Positions 1 to 8,425 of a stretch of DNA of 20,409 nt are shown here, one piece after another. The first letter of the stretch is position 1. Each line of letters opens with the position of its first letter. Location of the stretch: the IMG/VR virus record IMGVR_UViG_2795385649_000011. One strand, written 5' to 3'. Source of the DNA: a virus. Lineage: Duplodnaviria > Heunggongvirae > Uroviricota > Caudoviricetes. A program made the position numbers and the translations under genes. Under the pieces are notes generated by a model that saw only the letters and a program-made list of their open reading frames with translations, had not been told where the DNA came from and ran no database searches.

Positions 1-407
1 CCGCACAGGGCGGCGACGGCGGCCAATGGGTGTACGGAACTTGGGAACGCGGCGTCCATTTCCCATGGACGGCAACACAAATCACCGGCTCCATCGGTGT
101 CGGCGGCACAGCAGGAACCGGGGGCGGTAACGGCGGCAACGGCGGTCCCACAACCGGCATCGTCAACGGCTCCACCCTCGTCACCGCACCTGGCGCAACC
201 GGCCGAGGCGGCATAGGCACACAGTCCGGCGACCCCGTCGGCGGCGGCAACGCCAACTCCAACCGCGACGTCTCCCTCAACGGCCAGACCTACACCGGCG
301 GCACCGGCGACGGCGTGGCCCCCGGCTCGGGTGGCAAGGGCGGCGGCGCATTCAGCAACGGCAACGCGGGTGCCCGCGGCGAAGCCCACTTCTACGCAAG
401 GCAATAG
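1..407 (+). CDS. Glycine-rich minor tail protein, C-terminal part (5' truncated by window)
   Basis: Frame is open from position 3 (AQGGDGGQWVYGTWERG...); GGxGG-rich sequence ending GEAHFYARQ; followed by RBS GGAGG and the next gene; upstream of the lysis cassette. Confidence 0.75.
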   Translation, partial: AQGGDGGQWVYGTWERGVHFPWTATQITGSIGVGGTAGTGGGNGGNGGPTTGIVNGSTLVTAPGATGRGGIGTQSGDPVGGGNANSNRDVSLNGQTYTGGTGDGVAPGSGGKGGGAFSNGNAGARGEAHFYARQ

Positions 408-415
408 GAGGCCCT

Positions 416-766
416 ATGGCAATTCAAGTACCCCAGACGCGACAATCCCTGGCCGACGCCTGGAAGGCTCTAGGCAACTGGTTTGGGTGCGCGACCGGCG
501 CACCCGGAACCTCACAGACGCCCTCCAACGAGTCGACCGGCGGCGGGTACGCCCGCGCCCAAACCACTTGGACATCCGGCTCAGGTGGGAACGTAACCGG
601 CTCCGCGGTCAGCATCGCCGTCCCGGCATCCACCGTTACCCACGCAATCCTGGCGTCTGCGGCGGCCGTCGGCGCCGCCAACATGATCGACAACTGCGCC
701 GTCACCCAAGCCATCTTTTCCACCCCGGGCAACGTGGTTCTCACCCCTTCGTTGGGTATCGCGTGA
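416..766 (+). CDS. Minor tail/virion structural protein (116 aa)
   Basis: ATG with GGAGG RBS at ~407-411; beta-rich G/S/T/A composition (GGGYARAQTTW motif resembling phage tail-associated proteins); GTGA coupling to next gene. Confidence 0.72.
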   Translation: MAIQVPQTRQSLADAWKALGNWFGCATGAPGTSQTPSNESTGGGYARAQTTWTSGSGGNVTGSAVSIAVPASTVTHAILASAAAVGAANMIDNCAVTQAIFSTPGNVVLTPSLGIA

Positions 767-1113
767 CCGCCCCGGCCAAGGCCGACGGAATACTCCAAGT
801 CATTGTGTGGCCCGTCTACATCGGGCTGGCGGGTGAAGACGGCCGCGAACCCCTGCACCCGGAGTATCGACGCGGCCAGATCAACTGGCAGCCAACCCCT
901 AACAGCACTATCGAGGGCTCGGCAGTCGTCCACGCCCCCGCGGGACGCTACCCGTTCTTCACGTACTGGATGGAGCCGATAGGTGGCGCACCGGTGGGAA
1001 TGTCCCAACCCGAGCACCCTCTGGTATTCGACATTCGAACGGTAGTCGATGTTCGGCCCATCAAGAACGGCGACCTATTCGTCACCAACGAAATACGGCG
1101 CGCTGGACTGTGA
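763..1113 (+). CDS. Putative minor tail/structural protein (116 aa; start re-called to GTG at 763)
   Basis: GTGA overlap with stop of previous gene; 3' part of track ORF 331..1113 (MTAPAKADGILQVIVWPVYIGL...) has normal globular composition, unlike the Arg-rich 5' part. Confidence 0.7.
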   Translation: MTAPAKADGILQVIVWPVYIGLAGEDGREPLHPEYRRGQINWQPTPNSTIEGSAVVHAPAGRYPFFTYWMEPIGGAPVGMSQPEHPLVFDIRTVVDVRPIKNGDLFVTNEIRRAGL

Positions 1114-1307
1114 TACGGGAAATGCTCGCCCTCTGCGACGAGTACGGAACGGACCTCCCCGCCTTCAACGAAGGCCACGTCGAGGACCGGTGTCCGATCT
1201 GCGGACACCCCGTCGTCGACCACACCATCAACGGCGGCACCACAGCCAAGTGGCCCCACCGCCGGGCTGTCCTATTCAGCGCCCTCGTTCTCTGGCGTCT
1301 CCCTTAA
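1110..1307 (+). CDS. Hypothetical protein (65 aa) with CPICGH..H putative metal-binding motif
   Basis: GTGA overlap with upstream gene; CxxC plus His. Confidence 0.5.
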   Translation: MIREMLALCDEYGTDLPAFNEGHVEDRCPICGHPVVDHTINGGTTAKWPHRRAVLFSALVLWRLP

Positions 1308-1323
1308 AACATTGGAGCACAAC

Positions 1324-1458
1324 ATGTTAAGCCAGTTGACTCATTCTCACACCTTCGCCATTTTGGCCGGGATAGCGACCGGCGCTCTAGTCGGCATCGG
1401 ACTCGGCGTCGCCCTGTTCGTATGCGAGGCCAAGCACGACATAAAAGCGAGCTACTGA
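1324..1458 (+). CDS. Small single-pass membrane protein (44 aa), not in ORF track
   Basis: Hand translation MLSQLTHSHTFAILAGIATGALVGIGLGVALFVCEAKHDIKASY*; GGAGC RBS at ~1313-1317; TGA ends 1 nt before the lysin A ATG; ~22-residue hydrophobic stretch. Confidence 0.6.
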   Translation: MLSQLTHSHTFAILAGIATGALVGIGLGVALFVCEAKHDIKASY

Positions 1459-1459
1459 C

Positions 1460-2752
1460 ATGTCCTTCACCTGGCTCGCAGACCACCCACTGCGCACCCG
1501 AGAACAAGTAGCACGTGAAATACATGCCGTCGCACTACAACGCGGCTTAGACGAGCTTGCCACCGTCATTGCCTGCATGACCGTAGCCGTCGAAGTCGGA
1601 GCTGACGACGACGACGGAAACCGCCAATGGTGGTGCCCCGCAAATCAATCAGACTCAGAAACGCTCAACTTCCCACACGACTCGGAATCCGATGACGCGG
1701 ACTCATCCGGCTACTTCCAACAGCGTCCCCCATGGTGGGGCACACCCGCACAACGCATGACACTGGCCCAGTCCGCCGACCTTTTCTTTAGTCGACTCTC
1801 CGGCGATTACCACACCGCAGCCGGAAACCCGGCACTGGCAGGGCAATTCGCCCAGCGCGTCCAGGGATCGGCATACCCCGACCGCTACGCGCAGCACTGG
1901 GACGAGGCGCGGGACGTCGTGCGCCGCGCCCTCGCAACCACACCACCCGAAGGAGACAACGTGGGCTACACAGGAGACCCTGTCTGGCTGGAAGACGTAC
2001 TGCGCGCAGCACTCGGCGACCGACTGGTCGTAGAGGCAGGCTGGAAAGACCGCGGCACTGGCGGCCAGATGGGCGACATCTGGGGCGTGATGATCCACCA
2101 CACCGGCAACGACCGGGAGACCGTCGCAGGCATACGCGACGGACGCTCCGACCTCGCCGGGCCACTGTCGCAGTGCCTCATCACCCCAGACGGCAAGTGC
2201 CATCTCATCGCAGTCGGCCCCTGCAATCACGCCGGGATCGGCAAGTATCCGGGCATCGCCGCCAACACCGGCAACCAGCGGCTCATCGGCTTCGAATGCG
2301 CGTGGCCGACCATCCAGCCGGACGGCAGCTTTGACAAAGGACAGCGGTGGCCGGACGCCCAGATCATCACCATGCGCGACGCCACCGCCGCGGTCCTCAC
2401 CAAGCTCGGCTACGGCGCCGACCGCGTCATCGGCCACAAGGAGTATGCGACCGCGGCGCCCAACGTGAAGTGGGACCCGGGCAACATAGACATGGGCTGG
2501 TTCCGCGGCGAGGTCGCCAAGGACATGGCCGGATACCAGTTCCCAGGCGAGGCACCCGTGGTCCAGCCACCGGACCCGTCGCCAACCGCGATACCCGCGG
2601 ACTTCGACAAGCAGACCTTCCAGCAGATCAACGGACGCTGGGAGATGTTGGGATGGCAGACGCTCATCGAGGCAGTCGCTGAGATTCGCGACCACCTCAC
2701 CGGGTCGACAGACGCAGGTAAGACCGGGTTCAAGCTCGGGGCAAAGCCGTGA
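1460..2752 (+). CDS. lysA: Lysin A (endolysin): N-terminal lysozyme/transglycosylase-like domain plus N-acetylmuramoyl-L-alanine amidase (Amidase_2-type) domain
   Basis: Zn-amidase motifs GVMIHHTG, NHAG, IGFEC, VIGHKEY, KWDPG; N-terminal SGYFQQRPPWWG...AQRVQGSAYPDRY; first gene of the lysis cassette. Confidence 0.92.
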   Translation: MSFTWLADHPLRTREQVAREIHAVALQRGLDELATVIACMTVAVEVGADDDDGNRQWWCPANQSDSETLNFPHDSESDDADSSGYFQQRPPWWGTPAQRMTLAQSADLFFSRLSGDYHTAAGNPALAGQFAQRVQGSAYPDRYAQHWDEARDVVRRALATTPPEGDNVGYTGDPVWLEDVLRAALGDRLVVEAGWKDRGTGGQMGDIWGVMIHHTGNDRETVAGIRDGRSDLAGPLSQCLITPDGKCHLIAVGPCNHAGIGKYPGIAANTGNQRLIGFECAWPTIQPDGSFDKGQRWPDAQIITMRDATAAVLTKLGYGADRVIGHKEYATAAPNVKWDPGNIDMGWFRGEVAKDMAGYQFPGEAPVVQPPDPSPTAIPADFDKQTFQQINGRWEMLGWQTLIEAVAEIRDHLTGSTDAGKTGFKLGAKP

Positions 2753-3915
2753 ACGGCCCCGACGGCAAATGGATCGGGTACGGCCCCGGCGATGTCAGTC
2801 CAGAGGTAACCAACATCGAGCGACGGCTACTGCACGCCTACCCGAAGAACAGCCACGCAGCGGAGCACGGCGTGGTGCTGGACGACCGCTACACGGACTG
2901 CACCGCGGCGGCCGTGCAGGACATCACCCGCTTCATGAACAACGACCCTGTCGAAGTGGAGCGGTTGCGCCGCCTGGGTATCACCACGCCCCTCCGCGAC
3001 GACGGCGTCGCGAACCTGGCGGTGCGAAAGGCCATCGGCGCCTACGTCGCGCCGGTGTACGGGTCCAAGTACCCGATCCAGGGAGTCTGGGCGGACTCGC
3101 GGGCCTTCCTCAACCCACCCGACGCGCACAGCTTCAACAAGGCGACTGACCAGTTCCGTGACGAGTTCATGCGCCTGTACCGGCCCATGGCGGGCACCAA
3201 CATCTGGCTCCTCGGCTACTCCATGGGCGGCGTCTCAGTGCAGAAGTGCCTCACTGCGCTGCCGCCGGAGTGGCGCCAGTTCGTGCTCGGCGTCACCACC
3301 TTCGGTGACCCATCCATGCCCGCCGAGGGAAGCCTGCTCGGAAACGACCCGGGCGAGGGCATCTCCAAACTGCCGCAACCACAATGGGTACGGGACCGCT
3401 ACTGGTCGTACTCCATCGACGGCGACTGGTACCCGCGCGCCCGCGGCCTGCTGTTCCTGCTGTACCAGGTCCTCACCCGCGCCGAGCTGACCCTGGACTT
3501 CGCCATCTACCTGTTCACAAAGTTCCCACAACAGGCATTCCAGGAACTACTCGGCCTCGCCCCAAGTGACGACCCCCTGCACGGCGCGCTGTCCGGCCTC
3601 GCCGGACTCATGACGACCGGCCCGGCAGGGACCATCGGCCAGCTGCTCAACCCCGTGCAGCTGCTGTCCCTGCTACCAGACCTGGTGTACCTACTGTTCG
3701 ACGCCATCAAGTTCATCGCCACCAACGCGCACGGAAAGTACGGGGACCCGGCATATGCGTTGTGGGACGGCATGACTGCCGTCGACCACGCCGCCGCCAA
3801 CATCCGCCGCGTGGCCCCGCAAGGCTGCACCCTCGTCCTACTCCCGGGCACCTGGTCCAACTGGGACCAGCTATTCCAATTCGACGTCGCTGCCCAGCTC
3901 CAAACTCCCGCCTAA
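2749..3915 (+). CDS. lysB: Lysin B (cutinase-like serine esterase with N-terminal peptidoglycan-binding-like region)
   Basis: GYSMG nucleophile elbow, TFGDP, DGDWY, C-terminal His (NAHGKY); GTGA overlap with lysin A; standard mycobacteriophage order. Confidence 0.9.
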   Translation: MNGPDGKWIGYGPGDVSPEVTNIERRLLHAYPKNSHAAEHGVVLDDRYTDCTAAAVQDITRFMNNDPVEVERLRRLGITTPLRDDGVANLAVRKAIGAYVAPVYGSKYPIQGVWADSRAFLNPPDAHSFNKATDQFRDEFMRLYRPMAGTNIWLLGYSMGGVSVQKCLTALPPEWRQFVLGVTTFGDPSMPAEGSLLGNDPGEGISKLPQPQWVRDRYWSYSIDGDWYPRARGLLFLLYQVLTRAELTLDFAIYLFTKFPQQAFQELLGLAPSDDPLHGALSGLAGLMTTGPAGTIGQLLNPVQLLSLLPDLVYLLFDAIKFIATNAHGKYGDPAYALWDGMTAVDHAAANIRRVAPQGCTLVLLPGTWSNWDQLFQFDVAAQLQTPA

Positions 3916-3968
3916 TCGGCGGGCCTGTCCAGCAACTGTGTAAATGCAACTGTTGAAAGGGATTTGAC

Positions 3969-4346
3969 ATGAAGGACACCTCACTGTTGGGCATTAAGAC
4001 GTGGAGTGATCTCCGCGCCTTCATACACACCGCAATACCCGGGTTGGCCGTCTTCCTGGTCACCATGGGGATTCTGACGGCCACCAAAGCGAATCTGGTT
4101 GCAGCACTGCTGCTTGCGGTGTTCGACTCGACCCTGTCGCACATCAACACCGCCGACGGCTTCCGGCGCTGGGTGTACCCCGTCCTCGGCACCGGTGCCA
4201 CCCTCCTCATCGGGTGGGGCATCTTCACCCAGGACCAGATCGCGCCATGGCTTGCGCTCATCCCAATCCTGTTGGGGGGCGGGCTCGCAGCTGCCAACAC
4301 CAACACCACGCCCAGCATCGCTCCGACGAGCGGCCCGGCTGAGTGA
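3969..4346 (+). CDS. Holin (multi-pass membrane protein)
   Basis: About four hydrophobic segments in two similar halves; RBS GAAAGGGA; directly after lysin B. Confidence 0.8.
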   Translation: MKDTSLLGIKTWSDLRAFIHTAIPGLAVFLVTMGILTATKANLVAALLLAVFDSTLSHINTADGFRRWVYPVLGTGATLLIGWGIFTQDQIAPWLALIPILLGGGLAAANTNTTPSIAPTSGPAE

Positions 4347-4753
4347 GCGGGGGAGTGGGCGCTGATTCCTGGATGGACCTCGCCGCGCTGACCATAGCGG
4401 CCGTCGGCGGCTGGGGCACCGCGTACATCACCTCGCACTTCTCCAGCCGCAAGCACGTGACCGCCGTCAACAAAAGCGTCGACGCGGTCGAGGCGAAGTT
4501 GGCAGGAGTGGAGGAGCAGGTAGTGAACTCGCACGAGACCAACCTGCGCGACGACGTGGACCGCGCAGTCCGCGGCGTCGAGTATCTGGTCGACAGATTC
4601 GCCGATGCCATGCGCGACCTGCGCGGTATCCGCGAGGAGATGTCCGACCTGCGCAAGGAAGTTGGCGGCCTACACGGCGACGTTCGCGAGCAGAACCGCA
4701 GACACACCGCCCTGTACGACCGGGTGACGGATCTGGAGGACCGCCGCCCCTAG
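4343..4753 (+). CDS. Membrane-anchored coiled-coil protein of the lysis cassette (DUF2746-like)
   Basis: N-terminal TM (LAALTIAAVGGWGTAYI), VVNSHETNLRDDVD motif, heptad-rich C-terminus; GTGA overlap with holin. Confidence 0.75.
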   Translation: MSGGVGADSWMDLAALTIAAVGGWGTAYITSHFSSRKHVTAVNKSVDAVEAKLAGVEEQVVNSHETNLRDDVDRAVRGVEYLVDRFADAMRDLRGIREEMSDLRKEVGGLHGDVREQNRRHTALYDRVTDLEDRRP

Positions 4754-4773
4754 GCCCACGCGATAGCTGGAGG

Positions 4774-4803
4774 ACGCCCCGGCCTTCGGGCCGGGGCGTT
4801 TTC
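4774..4803 (+). terminator. Rho-independent terminator closing the late/lysis operon
   Basis: ACGCCCCGGCC-TTCG-GGCCGGGGCGT perfect 11-bp stem with cUUCGg loop followed by T tract. Confidence 0.88.
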
Positions 4804-4830
4804 CCATACCAGCCGGTTGCCTCCGCATAT

Positions 4831-4847
4831 GTATAGCGCGTTATACT
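4831..4847 (+). promoter_or_regulatory. Palindromic operator-like site overlapping a SigA-type -10 (TATACT) of a leaderless gene
   Basis: GTATAG-CGCG-TTATAC at 4831-4846; TATACT 4842-4847 is 6 nt before ATG 4854; no RBS. Confidence 0.65.
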
Positions 4848-4853
4848 GCGCTC

Positions 4854-5075
4854 ATGAATACCTCGTCGGACGAGCAGGAGGCGGCCCGGGCTTCCGTCCG
4901 TCGGCTAGCCCGCCGCCGCCGACGTCAGGCTGTGTTGCGCAAGCAGACCGACACCGAGTTCTACGAGGCCGTCAAACAGGCCAAGGCGTTGGGTGTCGGC
5001 GCCACCGTGCTGGCACGTGACGCCGAGGTAAAGCGGGACAGTATCTACAAAATTGTGGACGGCTCTATCTCCTGA
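4854..5075 (+). CDS. Small helix-turn-helix DNA-binding protein (73 aa)
   Basis: C-terminal HTH-like pattern GVGATVLARDAEVKRDSIYKIV; basic N-terminal helix; own promoter after terminator. Confidence 0.7.
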   Translation: MNTSSDEQEAARASVRRLARRRRRQAVLRKQTDTEFYEAVKQAKALGVGATVLARDAEVKRDSIYKIVDGSIS

Positions 5076-5082
5076 GCGAGCG

Positions 5083-5730
5083 TTAGCCCGCGACGTACCA
5101 GTTGTCCCCGATGGCGGTGCGCAGGAATGCCATGTGTACGTGGATCTGGAACAAGTGAGTGGCGTCCACGATCGCGGGCGCTCCCATCAGCAGTCCGGGC
5201 GCGAATCCGTACACCTCATCGAACTGAAGTGCGCCGAGGTGCTGGTGGGTCCGTTCAAACATGGGTTGCTCATCGCGATCGTAGAACTCGAATCGATCTA
5301 AGGTGGATGCACCGAAGAACGCGTGCATTGTGAGCTCAAGGCCGCTTGGTGATAGATGCCGCGCCTGCGGTTTTGGGTACAAGATTCCACGCGCCATATC
5401 AACGATGAGCGACATGCCGTAGCCGGGTGTCCAGAACCACACCTTCCCGAATGCGCTTCGGGCGAAGGGAATGAACTGTGCGTCCTCGCCTAGCCTAGGG
5501 TGCCGGACTCGATCGAGAATTATCTCCTCAGTGGTCAGCTTCCACTCGATCGGATCAACGAGCCATGCAGCCCCTTTGCCGAATCCTGAGAAGCCGAACT
5601 CTCGCCAGTACGAGATAAGGCAGTCGGGGACAAGTCCCGTGTACGCCCGCACGTGCTCATCTGTGCATGCAGGGCCTTGAATCGAGAACGGCAGATCCTG
5701 AAGGAAACACTCGAAGTGTTCATCGGCCAC
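5083..5730 (-). CDS. Toxin immunity protein, GAD-like + DUF1851 (Tdi1-like) family
   Basis: VPDCLISYWREFGFSGFG..WLVDP, FIPFARSAFGKVWFW, LGALQFDEVYGFAPGLLMG motifs; immediately downstream of toxin; paralog at 17940-18584. Confidence 0.85.
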   Translation of the reverse strand: MADEHFECFLQDLPFSIQGPACTDEHVRAYTGLVPDCLISYWREFGFSGFGKGAAWLVDPIEWKLTTEEIILDRVRHPRLGEDAQFIPFARSAFGKVWFWTPGYGMSLIVDMARGILYPKPQARHLSPSGLELTMHAFFGASTLDRFEFYDRDEQPMFERTHQHLGALQFDEVYGFAPGLLMGAPAIVDATHLFQIHVHMAFLRTAIGDNWYVAG

Positions 5731-5734
5731 CTGA

Positions 5735-7936
5735 TCACCCCCGTCCGTCTGTGAGTCTGATGTTCACGATAGCGTCTCGCGGTTGAGTTTCGAGAAACGC
5801 TCTGAGAGCGTCCTTTTCCTGTTTTGTCAGATTACCCAGCGCGTTGTTGACCTGCCAATCGCCATATGTGTACGCCCGCGTGTATCCACCCCCCGCTCCA
5901 TCCGGGTTGTGTATGACTGGCTGTGGGATAAGCCCTGGTTCTCGGGGGAATTGGGCTTCTGCGTACTCGCCCGCAAGGCGTTTTGCATCCGCTGGACTGT
6001 GTCCCGCATTGACCAGGTCGGCATAGCCGTAATCGTTCAAACCTTGTCGTAGCTCATTGCGCAAGTCGGTGGTGGGCTGACGCGGTGCGTCCATGTTGTC
6101 GAGGACCTGTTGGACGCTTTGGGTGTTGTAGCCGTGCTCCCACATTTGGGTATGGCGGTCGATCTCTGCGCTGTGATCGGCAGCAATTTTATCGGTATAT
6201 GTCGGGTGGTGAATGTCGTATTGCGGGGTTCGTGGCAAGTCGTCTACGGATACCCCGTGGTGGGCTGCGAGGTCAGCAAGGTTCTGTTCGCCTCTGTCCC
6301 AGTCGAGTTGGTCGCGTTCGAGGCGGTGTGCGGCGCGGGAGTCGTTGAGTATGTCGTCGGCTGAGCGGGGGAGTCCGGCAGCGTGTTCGATGTTGGCGGG
6401 AATGCCGTGATTTCCACCGCCATTGTGATCCGCTGCGGGTGCCGAGTGGTCGGCTGGTGCGGGATGTGTTGTGCCGCTTGGTGGTTCGGTGGGTGCGTGT
6501 CCTGTGACTGGAGTGTGGGGTTCGGCGGTGTGCGGGGTGGGTGGGTGTCCTGGTGCGGCGTCTTCGAGTCCGTGGGTGAGGGCGCGGCCTTCGGTGCCCA
6601 GTAGTGCGCCTTCGCCGCCCACGGGTGCGGTTGCGATACCTGCGGCGATTTCGATGCCGTGTTTGCCGATGAAGGCTTTGGGGTTGTCGATGCCAGATTT
6701 GACCTCATCGATAGCCCCCTTAGCCTGGTCGATCCCGCGTTCCACCTGGTGGACGGGATCAGGGTTAACCACATCCCATAGCCCCTTAGCGACACCCTTC
6801 CACGCCTCTTTCGCGTGGTCGCCACCATTGATACCCAACAGGTCATCCTTGGCGCGGCCACCTTGATCCCACGACTCGCCGAATGCCCCACCACCGGATT
6901 GCCGAACACGCTCAGGCGTACCGGGTTCGGGTGTTGCGACCATGGGCCGGTCCTGCTGGGCGCCCTTGATCGCCTCGGACAGCTTGGCCTCCACCTGATC
7001 AGGCGGATACTGCGTGGCCAAGATGCTGCGGAACTTGTCGATCGCCGCTTTACCCTGCGCGGTGTTGGGGTCCAGTTTGGGTGCGGGCACGGTGCGCGCA
7101 TCTGGTGGTGGCGGGGGTTTGTCCAATGGGCTTTTGGGCTCGGTAATGCCCATCACGCCCAGTTTGTCGGTGAGGCCACCTGCGCGTGGATCGGGTTGGA
7201 ACGGCTTGTCGCCAGGTGAGGGTGGACCCAGCACCGGTGCGTGTGGATCGACGGTTGTAGCGGCTGCGGCCTGCGTGGTGGCCGGATCGGTGGCCTTCGG
7301 GTACTGCTTTTTGTAGTCGATGGTGGTGGCGGTCGGATCACCTGGCTTGGGTGTGGCGGCGTCGAGCAGGATTTTGCGGCCATCGACCAGCGCGGCTTTC
7401 GGGTTGATCCGCGAGAGCATCGCCTCGCGGGCCGCATCGGTTTGCGTCTTGAGGGTTTGACAGCCCTTCTCCCACCGGGCCACATACTCTTTGATCTGAC
7501 GCTCGATATCGGCGACGTGCTCGCGGTTACGGGCGATCGAATCCTCACTCTCACCCTCAGCCGGGTGGTACTCGCAGTGGTAGCCCTGATCGATCGAGAC
7601 ACCCTGATCCTTCTTGAGCAGCACCCTTTCAATGAGGGCTTGACCGGCGGTCAGGGGCTCAACCACTTCGTATTGGATGGTGGCGGCGGCCAGCTTGGCG
7701 ATGTCCTCGGTGGTGTCGTCGGCGTTATCGGTGCCCTTACAGTCATCGGCGGCGGCCTCTTGTGCGGCGCCAGCGAATTGCCCGGACCAATACGTCCCGT
7801 CGGGGGTGGTGGCCCAGCGTCTGTAGTCATCGAAGTCGGCTTTCAGCGCCGACGTGCGCGGCCGCCAACTATCGACCCGCGCCATGTAGTCATTGGCCTT
7901 TTTGGCCATAAACTCATCCAGCGGCGTCAACACCAC
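5735..7936 (-). CDS. Type VII-secreted polymorphic toxin: WXG100-like N-terminus, Pro/His-rich linker, C-terminal Ntox15/Tde-like nuclease
   Basis: YWSGQF (W-x-G) in helical N-terminus; HNPD (HxxD) at 5900-5911 followed by GAGGG and GDWQVNNALG; adjacent GAD-like/DUF1851 immunity gene is the partner family known for Ntox15/Tde toxins. Confidence 0.85.
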   Translation of the reverse strand: MVLTPLDEFMAKKANDYMARVDSWRPRTSALKADFDDYRRWATTPDGTYWSGQFAGAAQEAAADDCKGTDNADDTTEDIAKLAAATIQYEVVEPLTAGQALIERVLLKKDQGVSIDQGYHCEYHPAEGESEDSIARNREHVADIERQIKEYVARWEKGCQTLKTQTDAAREAMLSRINPKAALVDGRKILLDAATPKPGDPTATTIDYKKQYPKATDPATTQAAAATTVDPHAPVLGPPSPGDKPFQPDPRAGGLTDKLGVMGITEPKSPLDKPPPPPDARTVPAPKLDPNTAQGKAAIDKFRSILATQYPPDQVEAKLSEAIKGAQQDRPMVATPEPGTPERVRQSGGGAFGESWDQGGRAKDDLLGINGGDHAKEAWKGVAKGLWDVVNPDPVHQVERGIDQAKGAIDEVKSGIDNPKAFIGKHGIEIAAGIATAPVGGEGALLGTEGRALTHGLEDAAPGHPPTPHTAEPHTPVTGHAPTEPPSGTTHPAPADHSAPAADHNGGGNHGIPANIEHAAGLPRSADDILNDSRAAHRLERDQLDWDRGEQNLADLAAHHGVSVDDLPRTPQYDIHHPTYTDKIAADHSAEIDRHTQMWEHGYNTQSVQQVLDNMDAPRQPTTDLRNELRQGLNDYGYADLVNAGHSPADAKRLAGEYAEAQFPREPGLIPQPVIHNPDGAGGGYTRAYTYGDWQVNNALGNLTKQEKDALRAFLETQPRDAIVNIRLTDGRG

Positions 7937-7947
7937 TAGCGCCTCCG

Positions 7948-8265
7948 CTATACCTGCGTGGGCCGCTGATAGATGCTGGGCAGGCGCTGATGTGCGGCGT
8001 AGAGCTGCTCGGCAGTCACAAACGCCTGATGCGCCTCGTCGTAGACATCGCTGATCGTCTCCAACCGGGCAGCGGCGACGCGCTCCACATCCGAGATCGC
8101 TTTCGAGAACGCCTCTAACGCCGCCAACCCCGGATCGGCACCGGCGCTCACCGGATCACTGGCAGGGATACGCCTGCGAATCTCCCCGGCGCTGGTGCGC
8201 AGGTGCGGACCAACCTTGCCCATCGCATCAAGGTCAGCCTGCAATACCTTGCCATCGCCCGACAT
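7948..8265 (-). CDS. WXG100/Esx-like secretion partner (105 aa)
   Basis: ~100-aa helix-turn-helix hairpin composition, LQADLDAMGKV N-terminus typical of type VII targets; directly upstream of the toxin. Confidence 0.72.
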   Translation of the reverse strand: MSGDGKVLQADLDAMGKVGPHLRTSAGEIRRRIPASDPVSAGADPGLAALEAFSKAISDVERVAAARLETISDVYDEAHQAFVTAEQLYAAHQRLPSIYQRPTQV

Positions 8266-8425
8266 AGCACCCCCGGCCCCGGTAAATTAGAACCAGCCTC
8301 TAGTCCGGGCCGGTTGGCTACTGGGAGCGTAGTAGTAGGAATTGGCTGGCGTCCAGCCAAACGAGGATATTCGCGCAGTAAGCGGGGCATGACTGCACCG
8401 TCACGGGCGGTAGGCAGGGGTTGCG

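Noticed and set aside
331-762. 5' part of track ORF 331..1113 (260 aa)
   Set aside because: Arg-rich shadow frame overlapping two better genes; real start is GTG 763 coupled to the upstream stop
1703-2695. 330-aa minus-strand ORF
   Set aside because: Antisense shadow of lysin A, typical of high-GC codon bias; no motif or RBS
3932-3953. GCAACTGT direct repeat before the holin
   Set aside because: Only two 8-bp copies, not found elsewhere; insufficient evidence
3713-4534. 273-aa minus-strand ORF
   Set aside because: Spans lysB/holin/membrane gene antisense; no recognisable features
7241-7939. 232-aa plus-strand ORF
   Set aside because: In-register antisense mirror of the toxin N-terminus
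8342-8360. TTGGCTGG-CGT-CCAGCCAA inverted repeat between lipoprotein and WXG partner
   Set aside because: Short with no U tract; cannot distinguish terminator, operator or chance
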